Below, in pieces: positions 19,464 through 29,454 of a stretch of DNA of 64,000 bases. The stretch's first letter is position 1. Each line of letters opens with the position of its first letter. This stretch comes from Candidatus Pelagibacter sp. (GTDB lineage: Bacteria > Pseudomonadota > Alphaproteobacteria > Paracaedibacterales > CAIOTO01): assembly GCA_013823725.1 (NCBI GenBank), contig PNMQ01000004.1, positions 207,231 to 271,230 of the forward strand. Reading direction: 5' to 3'. The notes beneath the pieces were generated by a model that worked only from the letters and a program-made list of their open reading frames with translations, was not told where the DNA came from and ran no database searches. The translations under genes were made by a program, and so were the position numbers.

Positions 19464-20632
19464 TATTTTTCCTTAATAAAAATCTCTTCATACAGTTCGT
19501 TTGCGTTTTGCGCAACACGAATAATATCTTCTTCCGTTAAATTGCAATGCAAGGGAAAGGTTATCATTCGTGACCACAAATCTTCAGCCACAGGAAGTGG
19601 TTCTGTGTTATGTGTTTTAAAAAATGAAACAAGATGGTTGGGCTTGTAGTGTAGGCCCGATTCTATGCCTCTTTCTAATAGCTTTTCCATAAGTAGGTTT
19701 CTTTTAGATCGCATTGTTTCTGGGTCCAAAGAACCTGGATTGGTAAGATTAAAAATATAGGGGTGAGGAATAGTGTTTTCAATATCCAAAGGTAGTGGTG
19801 ATCCAATATGTTTATTTAGGGTTTTTGTGTACAGTTTAAAATGGTTCTGTCTAATTTTTGCAAATGTATCTATTTTTTTAAGCTGTGCTAATCCAATTGC
19901 TGCATTGACATTGCTCATGTGGTATCTCCATCCTTGTTCCACGCAGTCAAAATCGTAGGATCGTTTACCTGCATATCTTTGTTCTGAATCTTTGAATACA
20001 CCTAAAAGACGCAGGTCGCTGACACGTTGAAATACGTTGGGGTCTCGCGTTACGACAGCGCCACCTTCTGCACACGTGATGTTTTTAACACCATCAAAGC
20101 TGAAGCAAATGATATCTCCTTCATCTCCTACTTTTTTCCCGTCAACGGTTCCGCCGAATGAGTGGGCAGCGTCTTCGATGACCCGAAGGTTGTGTTTTTT
20201 AGCAATGGCGTATATTTCTTTGATGGGGCCAAGGTGACTTCCGTAATGCACCGGCATGATGGCTTTTGTTTTTGAAGAAAGACGTTTTAGGGTGTCTGCG
20301 GGACAAATGCAACCTGTGTCTGGTTGAACATCAACAGCAATAGGCGTGGCCCCTGTTGCTGTTATGGCATGAAAAGAGGCCAGATAAGTGATGGTTGGAA
20401 CGAGAACTTCGTCTCCATCTTTAAGATCGATAGCTTGACAGGCCAGATGAAGTGCCGATGTTCCTGTTGATACGCATGCAACATAGGGTGGGTTTTCTGG
20501 GTTTAAAAAGTCTTGTAGCGCTTTTTCAAATTCTTTTACTTTGCTTCCAAGCCCAAGATATTTTGTTTCAAATGCCAATCTGATGGATGCAATTTCTTCT
20601 TCGCCGACACACGGTTGGGATATTTTAATCAT
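19463..20632 (-). CDS. DegT/DnrJ/EryC1/StrS family PLP-dependent sugar aminotransferase
   Basis: STGTSALHLA, VIEDAAHSFG, FSFDGVKNITCAEGG (PLP Lys), AAIGLAQL. Confidence 0.95.
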   Translation of the reverse strand: MIKISQPCVGEEEIASIRLAFETKYLGLGSKVKEFEKALQDFLNPENPPYVACVSTGTSALHLACQAIDLKDGDEVLVPTITYLASFHAITATGATPIAVDVQPDTGCICPADTLKRLSSKTKAIMPVHYGSHLGPIKEIYAIAKKHNLRVIEDAAHSFGGTVDGKKVGDEGDIICFSFDGVKNITCAEGGAVVTRDPNVFQRVSDLRLLGVFKDSEQRYAGKRSYDFDCVEQGWRYHMSNVNAAIGLAQLKKIDTFAKIRQNHFKLYTKTLNKHIGSPLPLDIENTIPHPYIFNLTNPGSLDPETMRSKRNLLMEKLLERGIESGLHYKPNHLVSFFKTHNTEPLPVAEDLWSRMITFPLHCNLTEEDIIRVAQNANELYEEIFIKEK

Positions 20633-20647
20633 AAGACCTCTCTTCTT

Positions 20648-22048
20648 TTATAATATTGTTTGCTGTGTTTGGGAAATCAGGCCTTTTAGGCTGTTGGTAA
20701 AGGTGTGTTCTATTTTTATATCACACATTGTTCCTTGTATTTCTTCTGGGCCGTCAAAATAGACAGATTGCATGTATTCTGATCGACCAGACAGTTGTCC
20801 ATCTTTTTTTCCTGTTTTATCAACTAAAACCTTTAGGGTTTTGTCTTTAAATGTCTGGTTGAATTTTAATTGCTGTTCGCTGATGAGGGCTTGTAGTTCT
20901 GCTAGACGAACAACCTTGATTTCCTCTGGAATTTGTTGTTCCATAATTGCAGCAGGAGTTCCGGGGCGTTGACTATATTTGAAAGAATAGGCCTGAGAAT
21001 ATTCTACAGCTTTAATTAAAGATAGTGTGTCTTGGTGATCTTGGTCTGACTCCCCTGGAAATCCCACAATAAAATCGGATGAAAATGCAATGTCAGGACG
21101 GTATTTTCTAAGTTTTTCAATAACTTCCAAATAGTCTTTGGCTGTGTGTTGGCGGTTCATCATTTTTAAAATACTATTGCTTCCTGATTGAACAGGAAGA
21201 TGTAAAAAGGGCATCAGAGCCGGAACATCTCTGTGTGCTTCGTAAAGCTCTGTTGGCATGTCCAAAGGATGCGACGTTGTGTAGCGAATTCTTTCTATCC
21301 CGTTTATTTTGCCAACCTCAAAAATAAGTTGCCCCAGATTCCATTCTTTGGACGGTTCTGTTGGGCTTTCTCCGTGATATGCATTTACATTTTGACCCAA
21401 TAGCGTTATTTCTTTTGCACCCATTTCGGCAAGATGTTTGGCTTCTTTAACGATTTCAGTAACGGGTCTAGAATATTCTGATCCTCGTGTATAAGGGACA
21501 ACACAGAATGTGCAAAAGTTATCGCATCCTTCTTGTATTGATAAAAAAGCAGAGGTTCGCGATTCTTGAGTTTGTGGAAGAAGGTCAAACTTGCTTTCCA
21601 CAGGAAAATCTGTGTCGACCACACTTCTAAGTTTTCTTTTTTGGCTTTTGTTTAGATTTGTTGATTCCTTCAGCTCTTCTTTTTGTCGGTACAGCTTTGT
21701 AATAAGCTCTGGAAGCCTATGATATGTTTGAGGACCAAACACCATATCGACGTACGGTGCTTGACGAATTATTTCATCTCCTTCTGCTTGTGCGACACAA
21801 CCAGCAACCCCTATGAGCAAATCTTTTTCTTGTTTTAAGGGGCGGACTCTTCCTAAGTCTGAATAAAGCTTTTGTTCTGCTTTTTCGCGAATGTGGCAAG
21901 TATTAAAGATAACAACATCTGCTTCGTTGGGGGTGTCTACAGATTCAAAACCATGAGGTTTTAGTAGGTCGACCATTTTTTCTGAATCGTATACATTCAT
22001 TTGGCAGCCGTATGTTTTGACGTGAACTTTTTTTAAATTTTCTTTCAT
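20648..22048 (-). CDS. miaB: tRNA-2-methylthio-N6-dimethylallyladenosine synthase MiaB
   Basis: TYGCQMNVYDS, NTCHIREKA, GCDNFCTFC radical SAM motif, C-terminal TRAM domain. Confidence 0.98.
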   Translation of the reverse strand: MKENLKKVHVKTYGCQMNVYDSEKMVDLLKPHGFESVDTPNEADVVIFNTCHIREKAEQKLYSDLGRVRPLKQEKDLLIGVAGCVAQAEGDEIIRQAPYVDMVFGPQTYHRLPELITKLYRQKEELKESTNLNKSQKRKLRSVVDTDFPVESKFDLLPQTQESRTSAFLSIQEGCDNFCTFCVVPYTRGSEYSRPVTEIVKEAKHLAEMGAKEITLLGQNVNAYHGESPTEPSKEWNLGQLIFEVGKINGIERIRYTTSHPLDMPTELYEAHRDVPALMPFLHLPVQSGSNSILKMMNRQHTAKDYLEVIEKLRKYRPDIAFSSDFIVGFPGESDQDHQDTLSLIKAVEYSQAYSFKYSQRPGTPAAIMEQQIPEEIKVVRLAELQALISEQQLKFNQTFKDKTLKVLVDKTGKKDGQLSGRSEYMQSVYFDGPEEIQGTMCDIKIEHTFTNSLKGLISQTQQTIL

Positions 22049-22278
22049 AACTAACCTTATTAAAAGTATTTATTTTTTTTATGTTTTATAAATTTTATCA
22101 ACTTTATTCTTCTTTTTCAATCTAATTGCCATAAATAAAGTATTTTTATTTCTTTTTTATTTGTGTTTATACTTGTTTTTTTATTTAAAAAAAGCATTTT
22201 CATATTTTTGATTCTTGTAGATTGATTCATAGCATTTGCTGCTATACTTAATTATTAATAAAGTTTTGTGGGAAGCAA

Positions 22279-23355
22279 ATGTCAGAAGACAGTGGTTCTG
22301 ATAAAGACCAAAAAACAGAAGAACCAACCGCTAGACGTCTTGAAAAATCAAAGGAAGATGGGCAAACGCCTTTTTCTAAAGAGGTTGTGAATTGGTTTTT
22401 TCTAGTGGGTTGTGCAAGTATTGCATTATGGATTTTACCGTATTTGCTTCGGCTTTCGTTAAAAGATTTGGCTTTTTTTATCGATAGACCTCATGACGTT
22501 AATATTGAAAACGGTCAGCTGTCTTTTTTGTTTTATAAAAGTTTTACAATATTTTCAAAATTGGTTTTTATACCCTCTGTTATTTTGTTTGCTCTTCTTT
22601 TGGCGGCTGCTTATGGACAAGTACACGGAGCCATTAGTCTTAAAACATTAAAAATTAAAATGGATCGCTTATCGCCAGCAAAAGGATTTAAAAAAATATT
22701 TTCTATGCGTTCTTTTGTGGAGTTTTTGAAAACTTTGTTTAAAACGTCTGTTTTATGTATAGGGGCTTTTTTTGTATTGAAAGAAGACTTAAAAAAAATA
22801 GCATCAGGTGCCTTACTATCTTTAAAAGATATATCCAAAATGATGTTTGATTTTATGTCTGAAATATTTATGTTTATTTTAATTTTTTTGTTTTTTCTTG
22901 CTGTCTTTGATTTTTTCTACCAACGGTATACTTTTATGAAGAATTTACGCATGACAAAGCACGAAATAAAAGAAGAATTTAAAGAGTCGGATGGTGACCC
23001 GCATATCAAAAGTCGTATTAGACAAATTCGTCAAGAGCGCATGAAGAAAAATATAATGCAAAATGTTCCCAAGGCTACGGTTATTATCACAAACCCTACT
23101 CACTTTTCTGTGGCACTTGCTTTTAACGAAGAAACACTAGATACGCCCGTAGTGGTGGCAAAGGGTCAAGACTTTTTAGCGTTAACAATTCGTGAGGTTG
23201 CCAAAAAACATAACATTCCTATAGTTGAAAACCCACCAGTTGCTCGTGATCTTTATGCAAGGGTTGATGTTGATCAACCCATACCTGAAGATACGTTTAA
23301 GGTTGTAGCAGAAATTATTAGGTTTGTTATGTCTTTGAAATCAAAACCTTTTTAA
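22279..23355 (+). CDS. flhB: Flagellar export switch protein FlhB
   Basis: KTEEPT.RRL, TM helices, GDPHIK.RIRQ, ITNPTHFSVAL autocleavage motif, P.V.AKG.D. Confidence 0.93.
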   Translation: MSEDSGSDKDQKTEEPTARRLEKSKEDGQTPFSKEVVNWFFLVGCASIALWILPYLLRLSLKDLAFFIDRPHDVNIENGQLSFLFYKSFTIFSKLVFIPSVILFALLLAAAYGQVHGAISLKTLKIKMDRLSPAKGFKKIFSMRSFVEFLKTLFKTSVLCIGAFFVLKEDLKKIASGALLSLKDISKMMFDFMSEIFMFILIFLFFLAVFDFFYQRYTFMKNLRMTKHEIKEEFKESDGDPHIKSRIRQIRQERMKKNIMQNVPKATVIITNPTHFSVALAFNEETLDTPVVVAKGQDFLALTIREVAKKHNIPIVENPPVARDLYARVDVDQPIPEDTFKVVAEIIRFVMSLKSKPF

Positions 23356-23356
23356 A

Positions 23357-24190
23357 TTATTTCATTAAAAAGTAAGAATAATAAATAAGGAAACTTCCAA
23401 GTAAGAATCTGTATAGCCCAAAAATGAACAGACTGAAACGCATGACTAATCGCCTTAAAATAGGAAACATCATTAAATTAACAATAAATGTTCCTGCAAT
23501 GATAGGCCAAAGATTCAGAACAAGCTGAAGGTTTCCTCCTGTTTTATAAAAATCGTAAGTAGATAAAGAGGCAGCCCCTAATAAGACAGGAAGTGATAGA
23601 ATAAATGCAAACTCTATACCTTGCCATGGTTTAATCTTTAAAAAACGGCTAGCTGTAACACAAACACCTAGGCGACTGCTTCCAGGAACAAGCGCTAAAA
23701 CTTGAGCAACACCAATGATAATGGCTTGTCTAAAACTAATGACAGAATCTTCCGGGGTTGTCATTTTTTCAGAAATCATATGAAGAAGCCCAAATACCAC
23801 AAAAGCAATACCTAGACTAAGCAGGGTTATTGGAATTTTGAAATATTTTTTTGAGAAATACCCCACGATGATAGTGGGAATAGTTGCCATAATAATCATT
23901 AATAAACCAGATAAACCTGGTGTATGTTGCAGTTTAAAAATACCAGAAAAAACACCTGAAACGATTTTCCAAAGTGTTTTTCTAAAATAGATAATGATAG
24001 CAAAAAAACTACCCATGTGAAGACATACATCAAGAAGGGGCATGATCTCTGCGGGTAATGGGGTCATTTTATTAGCCAGAAAGGGAATTTTCTTTGAAAA
24101 GAAATCCGTTAGAAAAATATGTGCGCTGGAGCTAATGGGGAAGGTTTCCGCGATACCTTGAATAAGGCTATAAATTATTTGGGTCAGCAT
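23357..24190 (-). CDS. uppP: Undecaprenyl-diphosphatase
   Basis: QGIAETFPISSSAH, H.GS, Q.LALVPGSSR.G motifs; multiple TM helices. Confidence 0.92.
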   Translation of the reverse strand: MLTQIIYSLIQGIAETFPISSSAHIFLTDFFSKKIPFLANKMTPLPAEIMPLLDVCLHMGSFFAIIIYFRKTLWKIVSGVFSGIFKLQHTPGLSGLLMIIMATIPTIIVGYFSKKYFKIPITLLSLGIAFVVFGLLHMISEKMTTPEDSVISFRQAIIIGVAQVLALVPGSSRLGVCVTASRFLKIKPWQGIEFAFILSLPVLLGAASLSTYDFYKTGGNLQLVLNLWPIIAGTFIVNLMMFPILRRLVMRFSLFIFGLYRFLLGSFLIYYSYFLMK

Positions 24191-24406
24191 AAGAAATATT
24201 ATTGTTTGATTTTCTAGCTTCATTCTAGTGGAACAGAGTTAATTTTTATTAATTTTTTTGTATTTTTTTAGCTTGTGATACCTTGTGTGTTTTTCAAACA
24301 ACATGATTTATATTTTTTGTTTTATATAATTTTGACTTTTTTATAATTGTTTTTTTGTATTAATAAGTATATGTTTATATTATTGTTTTTGTTAAATTTA
24401 TTTTTT

Positions 24407-25432
24407 ATGTACATTAAATCGTTTATTCCTGCTCTATTTTTTCTTTTAAGTAATCAGGGCTATACTGCTTTGGATTTTTCCGATACTATGGATTCCTCCG
24501 ATGGCAAAGAGAAGAAAAGATTATTAGAAGAATCCAGTTTTTCCGAAAAAGAAAATGCCGAACCAAATACACCTCTCCTAAAGAGTCAAAAAATTACACA
24601 AGAATCTGAAAAAATTTTGACATCAAATCAAGAACTACCTGTTGGTTTTTCTGCTGATCTATTGGAATTTGAAAAGCAATCAAGGCATCAATATGCGGAA
24701 ACTTTATTTAAAATAGGTTGTCACTTTGAAGGCGGAAAAGGGGTTCCTCAAGATTTTGGGCAAGCCTTTTCATACTATGTAAAAGCTGCAAATTTAGATT
24801 ACATATCTGCGTTTCATAATCTTGGATGTTTCTATTCAAGCCCAGATTATGGTGTTGAGATTAATTACCCAAAAGCAATTCAGTACTTTCAATATGCACT
24901 AAAAAATGGATGCGTGCTCTCAGCCTATAATTTAGGGGTATTATTTGCTGAAGGAAAAGGATGTGCGCAAAATTACAAAACAGCTTTTGATTATTTTAAA
25001 GTTGCAGAAGAAAATGGCTGTGAAGAAAGCTATAATACAGCTTTTGATTATCTATCAAGGGCAGAAGAAAAGGGAGATGAAGAAGATCTTTATTTGCTAG
25101 GATTATGTTATGCAGAAGGGATTGGGGTTGTTAGCAATGCAGAATGTGCTTTTACTTATTTTTCAAAGGCTGCAGAAAAGGGTTATGGGTTAGCTTTATT
25201 TAAAGTAGGACTTTGCCATTATCACGGTCAAGGTACTGATAAAAACGATCTTATGGCTTTAGATTTTATGATGCAAGCTCGTCGTCTTGGAATAAAGGAA
25301 GCAGAAATTTTTTTACAAGAATATACTCAAAGAGCTTCAACGCTAGAAAAGAAGAAGACTGTGTCTACAAGAAAAAAAACAGTTAAAATACTTTCAAATC
25401 AAAAAAAACCAAAACAGGCAAAAAAGAAATAA
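24407..25432 (+). CDS. Sel1-like repeat protein with signal peptide and basic C-terminal tail
   Basis: About five Sel1 repeats (LG..Y..G.G...D/N...A..YF.KAA..G); start placed at ATG 24407. Confidence 0.9.
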   Translation: MYIKSFIPALFFLLSNQGYTALDFSDTMDSSDGKEKKRLLEESSFSEKENAEPNTPLLKSQKITQESEKILTSNQELPVGFSADLLEFEKQSRHQYAETLFKIGCHFEGGKGVPQDFGQAFSYYVKAANLDYISAFHNLGCFYSSPDYGVEINYPKAIQYFQYALKNGCVLSAYNLGVLFAEGKGCAQNYKTAFDYFKVAEENGCEESYNTAFDYLSRAEEKGDEEDLYLLGLCYAEGIGVVSNAECAFTYFSKAAEKGYGLALFKVGLCHYHGQGTDKNDLMALDFMMQARRLGIKEAEIFLQEYTQRASTLEKKKTVSTRKKTVKILSNQKKPKQAKKK

Positions 25433-25502
25433 ATTTTAAACCTTCAGGACTAAAATACGACTTGACTTTCCGTCTATTTTGTTTTAATTTTATGGAGTAA
25501 AT

Positions 25503-25579
25503 GCGCCCATAGCTCAATTGGATAGAGCGTCAGACTACGGATCTGAAGGTTAGGAGTTCGACTCTTCTTGGGCGCGCCA
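25503..25579 (+). tRNA. tRNA-Arg(ACG)
   Basis: GCGCCCA/TGGGCGC acceptor stem, tcaga-ctACGga-tctga anticodon arm, GTTCGA, encoded CCA. Confidence 0.97.
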
Positions 25580-25583
25580 CTTT

Positions 25584-26726
25584 TTATTTTTTCACATCTT
25601 CTGTGTAAAATGAATTCCCAAAAATCACCTGTCTGTCTTCATTAATAAAAACTGGCCATGCCACAACATGTGCTTCTATTTTTTTATTCAAATCAATATA
25701 AACAGTTTTTTCTTCATCCAGAAAAGATTCAATTCTTTCTTCAGAATAAGATGTTCCTTTTAAAATCCAAATGGCGATATCTATGGGGTACTCTAATCTT
25801 ATGCAACCAGACGAAAATGTTCTTTCTTTGCGTTTAAAATCTTTTTCTTCTGGTGATCCGTGCATATAGATGGCATTTTTATTATTTAAAATAAATTTGA
25901 TATTTCCCAAGGCATTATATTTTCCAGGTTTTTGGCGTATATAATAGGGGAAATTTTTTTCTGTATACATTGCCCAATCGATATCTTCTGCATCGACTTC
26001 TCTATTAGAAGAATCAAAAACTTGATATTGAAGTTCGTCAAGATAGTTAGGGTTAGCTATAATTTTTTTCAATTTATCTTTAAATAAAATACTGCTTGGG
26101 ACTCCCCAATAAGGATTAAGTACAATTTGTGAAATTTTTGAATCCATTAATGGTGTTTGCCTTGTTTTCATCCCCAAAACAGCCGCTTGAATATGATCAA
26201 TTGTGCCATCTACATCAACAGTAAATGCCTGATAAGTTCCCGCATTAACAATGATTTTTCTTTTCTTTTCTTTTATATTTTCTTCTTTTATTTTGTGAAT
26301 TGTTTTTTCAATCTGTTGAATGAGAGCAGATTCTGATTGATTGAAAATGAGACAAGTACGCATTCCAAACACACCATCATTATCAATGGAGTTATCTTCT
26401 TGAAATTGTTTAATTCCATTTTCAATCGTAAGATCGTACAGATCAGAGTCTACATCAGAACTTTGAATATAATTCCTGATTAATAATTTTTTGCGTATTT
26501 TAGGAACAAGTGGATCTTTTTGTCCTTTTTTTAAATTCAGAGGAAGACAAGTGAAATTTTTTAAGTCTTTATGGTTTTTTATTTTATTCAATTCATCTTT
26601 TTTTGTTTCTAAAATTTTTATGATTTCGTCAAAGGTAAGTACACTATTTCTAGAAATAGGAACCTTTTGCTCTGATGCGTACAGTGGATAAAGGAAAATA
26701 AAAAAGATAAATAAACGATAAAACAT
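25584..26726 (-). CDS. L,D-transpeptidase (YcbB/LdtD-like) with peptidoglycan-binding domain
   Basis: IKQFQ..N.I..DGV.G PG-binding motif; NPYWGVP, RQKPG..NALG.IKF, IYMHG.P, SSGCIRL. Confidence 0.92.
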   Translation of the reverse strand: MFYRLFIFFIFLYPLYASEQKVPISRNSVLTFDEIIKILETKKDELNKIKNHKDLKNFTCLPLNLKKGQKDPLVPKIRKKLLIRNYIQSSDVDSDLYDLTIENGIKQFQEDNSIDNDGVFGMRTCLIFNQSESALIQQIEKTIHKIKEENIKEKKRKIIVNAGTYQAFTVDVDGTIDHIQAAVLGMKTRQTPLMDSKISQIVLNPYWGVPSSILFKDKLKKIIANPNYLDELQYQVFDSSNREVDAEDIDWAMYTEKNFPYYIRQKPGKYNALGNIKFILNNKNAIYMHGSPEEKDFKRKERTFSSGCIRLEYPIDIAIWILKGTSYSEERIESFLDEEKTVYIDLNKKIEAHVVAWPVFINEDRQVIFGNSFYTEDVKK

Positions 26727-26813
26727 ATTGTCAGAAAATTTTCAATAAGGGAGAATGACTTGAATAGATGCGCTGATCTTAACATATATTGAATAGTTTA
26801 AAGAAATCTAAAT

Positions 26814-27437
26814 ATGACAGTATTGCAAAAAAATAAAAGATATTCTAAAGATTCAATTTTTGAAATTTATGCTTTGTTGATAAAAAATAAGGTCCCTTTG
26901 TTTTTATTTCTCTGGCTATTAAGCGTCTTGCTTGTGCTTTCTTGGGGACAAGTATATTTTCAAAAGCAAAGTGCTGACCTTCAAAAACAAATTGAAGAAA
27001 AAGAAATTGTATTCAAAAAATTAGAACAGAAACAAAAAATAACAGAAAGATACAAAAACGATCAAAAAGCTAATACCAATGATGTTATAGAATTTTTTAA
27101 AACAAACTTTTTTAAAACATATTCTATAGATGCATTGAATAAAAAAATTAAGTTCTTTCAAAAAAAATATAAGATTAACAAAATTACAATGAAGGTTATT
27201 TCTCAAGAAGAAAAGGTGAATCAATTAAAAATGATGAAGCACCATGTTCTTCTTTCGTTTAAAAAAAAATCTTTGCAATCTTGTCTTTTGTTTTTAAAAG
27301 ACATCGAAAATAGAATTCCTGGAATTATTCAGATTAAAAATTATAAAATCAGAAAAATTGAAGGCTCTAAAAATAATAAAAAGATACTTCTCTATCATGT
27401 AAAAGTGTCTTTTGATTGGCTTGTCTTAAAAGATTAA
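26814..27437 (+). CDS. Single-TM coiled-coil protein, possibly PilO/GspM-like
   Basis: N-terminal TM, coiled coil, then an alpha/beta domain ending V.FDWL; family call is by architecture only. Confidence 0.5.
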   Translation: MTVLQKNKRYSKDSIFEIYALLIKNKVPLFLFLWLLSVLLVLSWGQVYFQKQSADLQKQIEEKEIVFKKLEQKQKITERYKNDQKANTNDVIEFFKTNFFKTYSIDALNKKIKFFQKKYKINKITMKVISQEEKVNQLKMMKHHVLLSFKKKSLQSCLLFLKDIENRIPGIIQIKNYKIRKIEGSKNNKKILLYHVKVSFDWLVLKD

Positions 27438-27555
27438 AGGTTTGCAATGAAGGCTTTTTAAATTTTATTTTATGAAAGAAAAAGATGATCGAAACTTGAG
27501 TCGTGTATGAAAGTAGGATACTCTTTTAGGTATATACTTTAAAAAAAATAAAAAC

Positions 27556-28098
27556 GTGTCCTTTATTTTTACCTCAGATAATTTAAAAAAAATAGATGAA
27601 ATTTTAAGTCATTACCCACAAGATCGAAAAATAAGCGGGCTTATTCCTATTTTAGATTTGGCCCAACGACAAAATAATGGATGGCTTAGCCCAGAAGCAA
27701 TTGTTGCAGTTTCGAAATTATTGAACCATCCTGAAATTCGTATTTATGAAGTTGCAACATTTTATACCATGTTCAATTTAAAGCCCGTTGGACAATACCA
27801 TATTAAAGTTTGTGGAACAACTCCCTGTTGGTTATGCGGCGCAGGTGATATACGAAAAGTCTGTGAAAAGCATTTAGAAATTGGACTGAATGAAACAACA
27901 CCAGATAATTTATTTACACTAAGTGAATATGAATGTTTAGGTGCTTGCGTTAATGCACCCGTTGTTCAAATTAACGATGAATACATTGAAGACATCGATG
28001 CCCAAGGATTGATAGAATTACTGGATCGTCTGAAACAAGGTGAAATTCTTCAACCGCAATCTTTGAAAAAGAGACAAGGCACCAAACCTCTGTCTTAA
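27556..28098 (+). CDS. nuoE: NADH-quinone oxidoreductase subunit E
   Basis: [30 protein letters not shown]. Confidence 0.97.
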   Translation: MSFIFTSDNLKKIDEILSHYPQDRKISGLIPILDLAQRQNNGWLSPEAIVAVSKLLNHPEIRIYEVATFYTMFNLKPVGQYHIKVCGTTPCWLCGAGDIRKVCEKHLEIGLNETTPDNLFTLSEYECLGACVNAPVVQINDEYIEDIDAQGLIELLDRLKQGEILQPQSLKKRQGTKPLS

Positions 28099-28123
28099 AT
28101 TATATCCACAGAAAGATGATTTT

Positions 28124-29383
28124 ATGTTAAAAGATCAAGATCGCATTTTTAAAAACCTTTATGGTGAAGAGGAAGTGTCATTGACAGCTGCCCTTCAAAG
28201 AGGAGACTTTGATCATACTAAAGAAATTTTAAGCCGATCACCAGATAGCATCATTGATGAAATAAAAGTATCTGGTTTACGTGGGCGTGGGGGTGCTGGG
28301 TTTTCAACTGGTATGAAATGGTCGTTTGCACCCAAAAATTCAATTCTTCCTGTTTATCTTGTTATCAATGCAGACGAAAGTGAGCCGGGCACATGCAAAG
28401 ACCGGGATATTATTCGGCATGAACCTTTTAAAATTATAGAAGGTGCTTTAATAGCAGCGTACGCTATTGGTGCAAAGATTGGTTATATTTACATTCGCGG
28501 TGAATATTACAATGAATCTGTCGTATTGGAAAAATCCATACAAGAAGCCTATGCTAAAGGTTTTTTGGGTAAAAATGCATGTGGTTCAGGATATGATTTT
28601 GATTTATATATCCATCGCGGTGCAGGGGCTTATATTTGTGGTGAAGAATCAGCACTTTTAGAAAGTTTAGAAGGTAAAAAAGGAATGCCACGATTAAAAC
28701 CACCCTTCCCTGCTAACGTTGGTTTATATGGCTGCCCAACGATTATTAATAATGTAGAGACCATTGCCGTTGTTTCAACAATATTAAGACGTGGCGCGTC
28801 TTGGTTTTCAAGTTTTGGAAGACCCAAAAATTCTGGTACAAAGATATTTTGTATTTCTGGCCATGTGAACAAACCTTGTAATGTTGAAGAAGAAATGAGC
28901 ATTCCTTTAAAAGAGTTGATCGAAAAACATGCAGGCGGTGTTCGCGGTGGATGGAATAATTTAAAAGCCGTTATTCCTGGCGGTTCTTCAGTTCCTATGA
29001 TTCCTAAAGATATTTGCGCAGAAGCTTTGATGGATTTTGACTGCCTCAGAGAAGTTGGCACAGGTCTAGGAACAGCTGCTGTGATTGTAATGGATCAATC
29101 CACTGATTTGGTTAAAGCGATCGCGCGTTTAAGTTATTTTTATATGCATGAAAGTTGTGGTCAATGTTCTCCTTGTCGCGAAGGTACAGGGTGGATGTGG
29201 CGCATGATGGAACGTTTTGCAAAAGGACAAGGTGTTTCTGCAGACATAGACACTTTATGGGAAGTCACAAAGCAAATTGAAGGTCATACCATATGTGCAT
29301 TGGGCGATGCCGCTGCATGGCCTATACAAGGTCTTATTAAGCATTTTAGATTTGAAATTGAAGCTAGGCTGCAAACGCAATAA
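28124..29383 (+). CDS. nuoF: NADH-quinone oxidoreductase subunit F
   Basis: [51 protein letters not shown]. Confidence 0.98.
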   Translation: MLKDQDRIFKNLYGEEEVSLTAALQRGDFDHTKEILSRSPDSIIDEIKVSGLRGRGGAGFSTGMKWSFAPKNSILPVYLVINADESEPGTCKDRDIIRHEPFKIIEGALIAAYAIGAKIGYIYIRGEYYNESVVLEKSIQEAYAKGFLGKNACGSGYDFDLYIHRGAGAYICGEESALLESLEGKKGMPRLKPPFPANVGLYGCPTIINNVETIAVVSTILRRGASWFSSFGRPKNSGTKIFCISGHVNKPCNVEEEMSIPLKELIEKHAGGVRGGWNNLKAVIPGGSSVPMIPKDICAEALMDFDCLREVGTGLGTAAVIVMDQSTDLVKAIARLSYFYMHESCGQCSPCREGTGWMWRMMERFAKGQGVSADIDTLWEVTKQIEGHTICALGDAAAWPIQGLIKHFRFEIEARLQTQ

Positions 29384-29454
29384 ATTTTTTTTTAAATATG
29401 GACGATTTGACGCTCTTATTGTAATTTAAGGTATGATTCCAATTTAGATTTTAC

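Noticed and set aside
28102-28110. Single DnaA-like box between nuoE and nuoF
   Set aside because: Isolated one-mismatch 9-mer, expected by chance
28630-29061. 143-aa antisense ORF in nuoF and similar short ORFs nested in real genes (e.g. 181-432, 40870-41205, 63391-63666)
   Set aside because: Shadow frames of well-conserved genes, with no recognisable motifs
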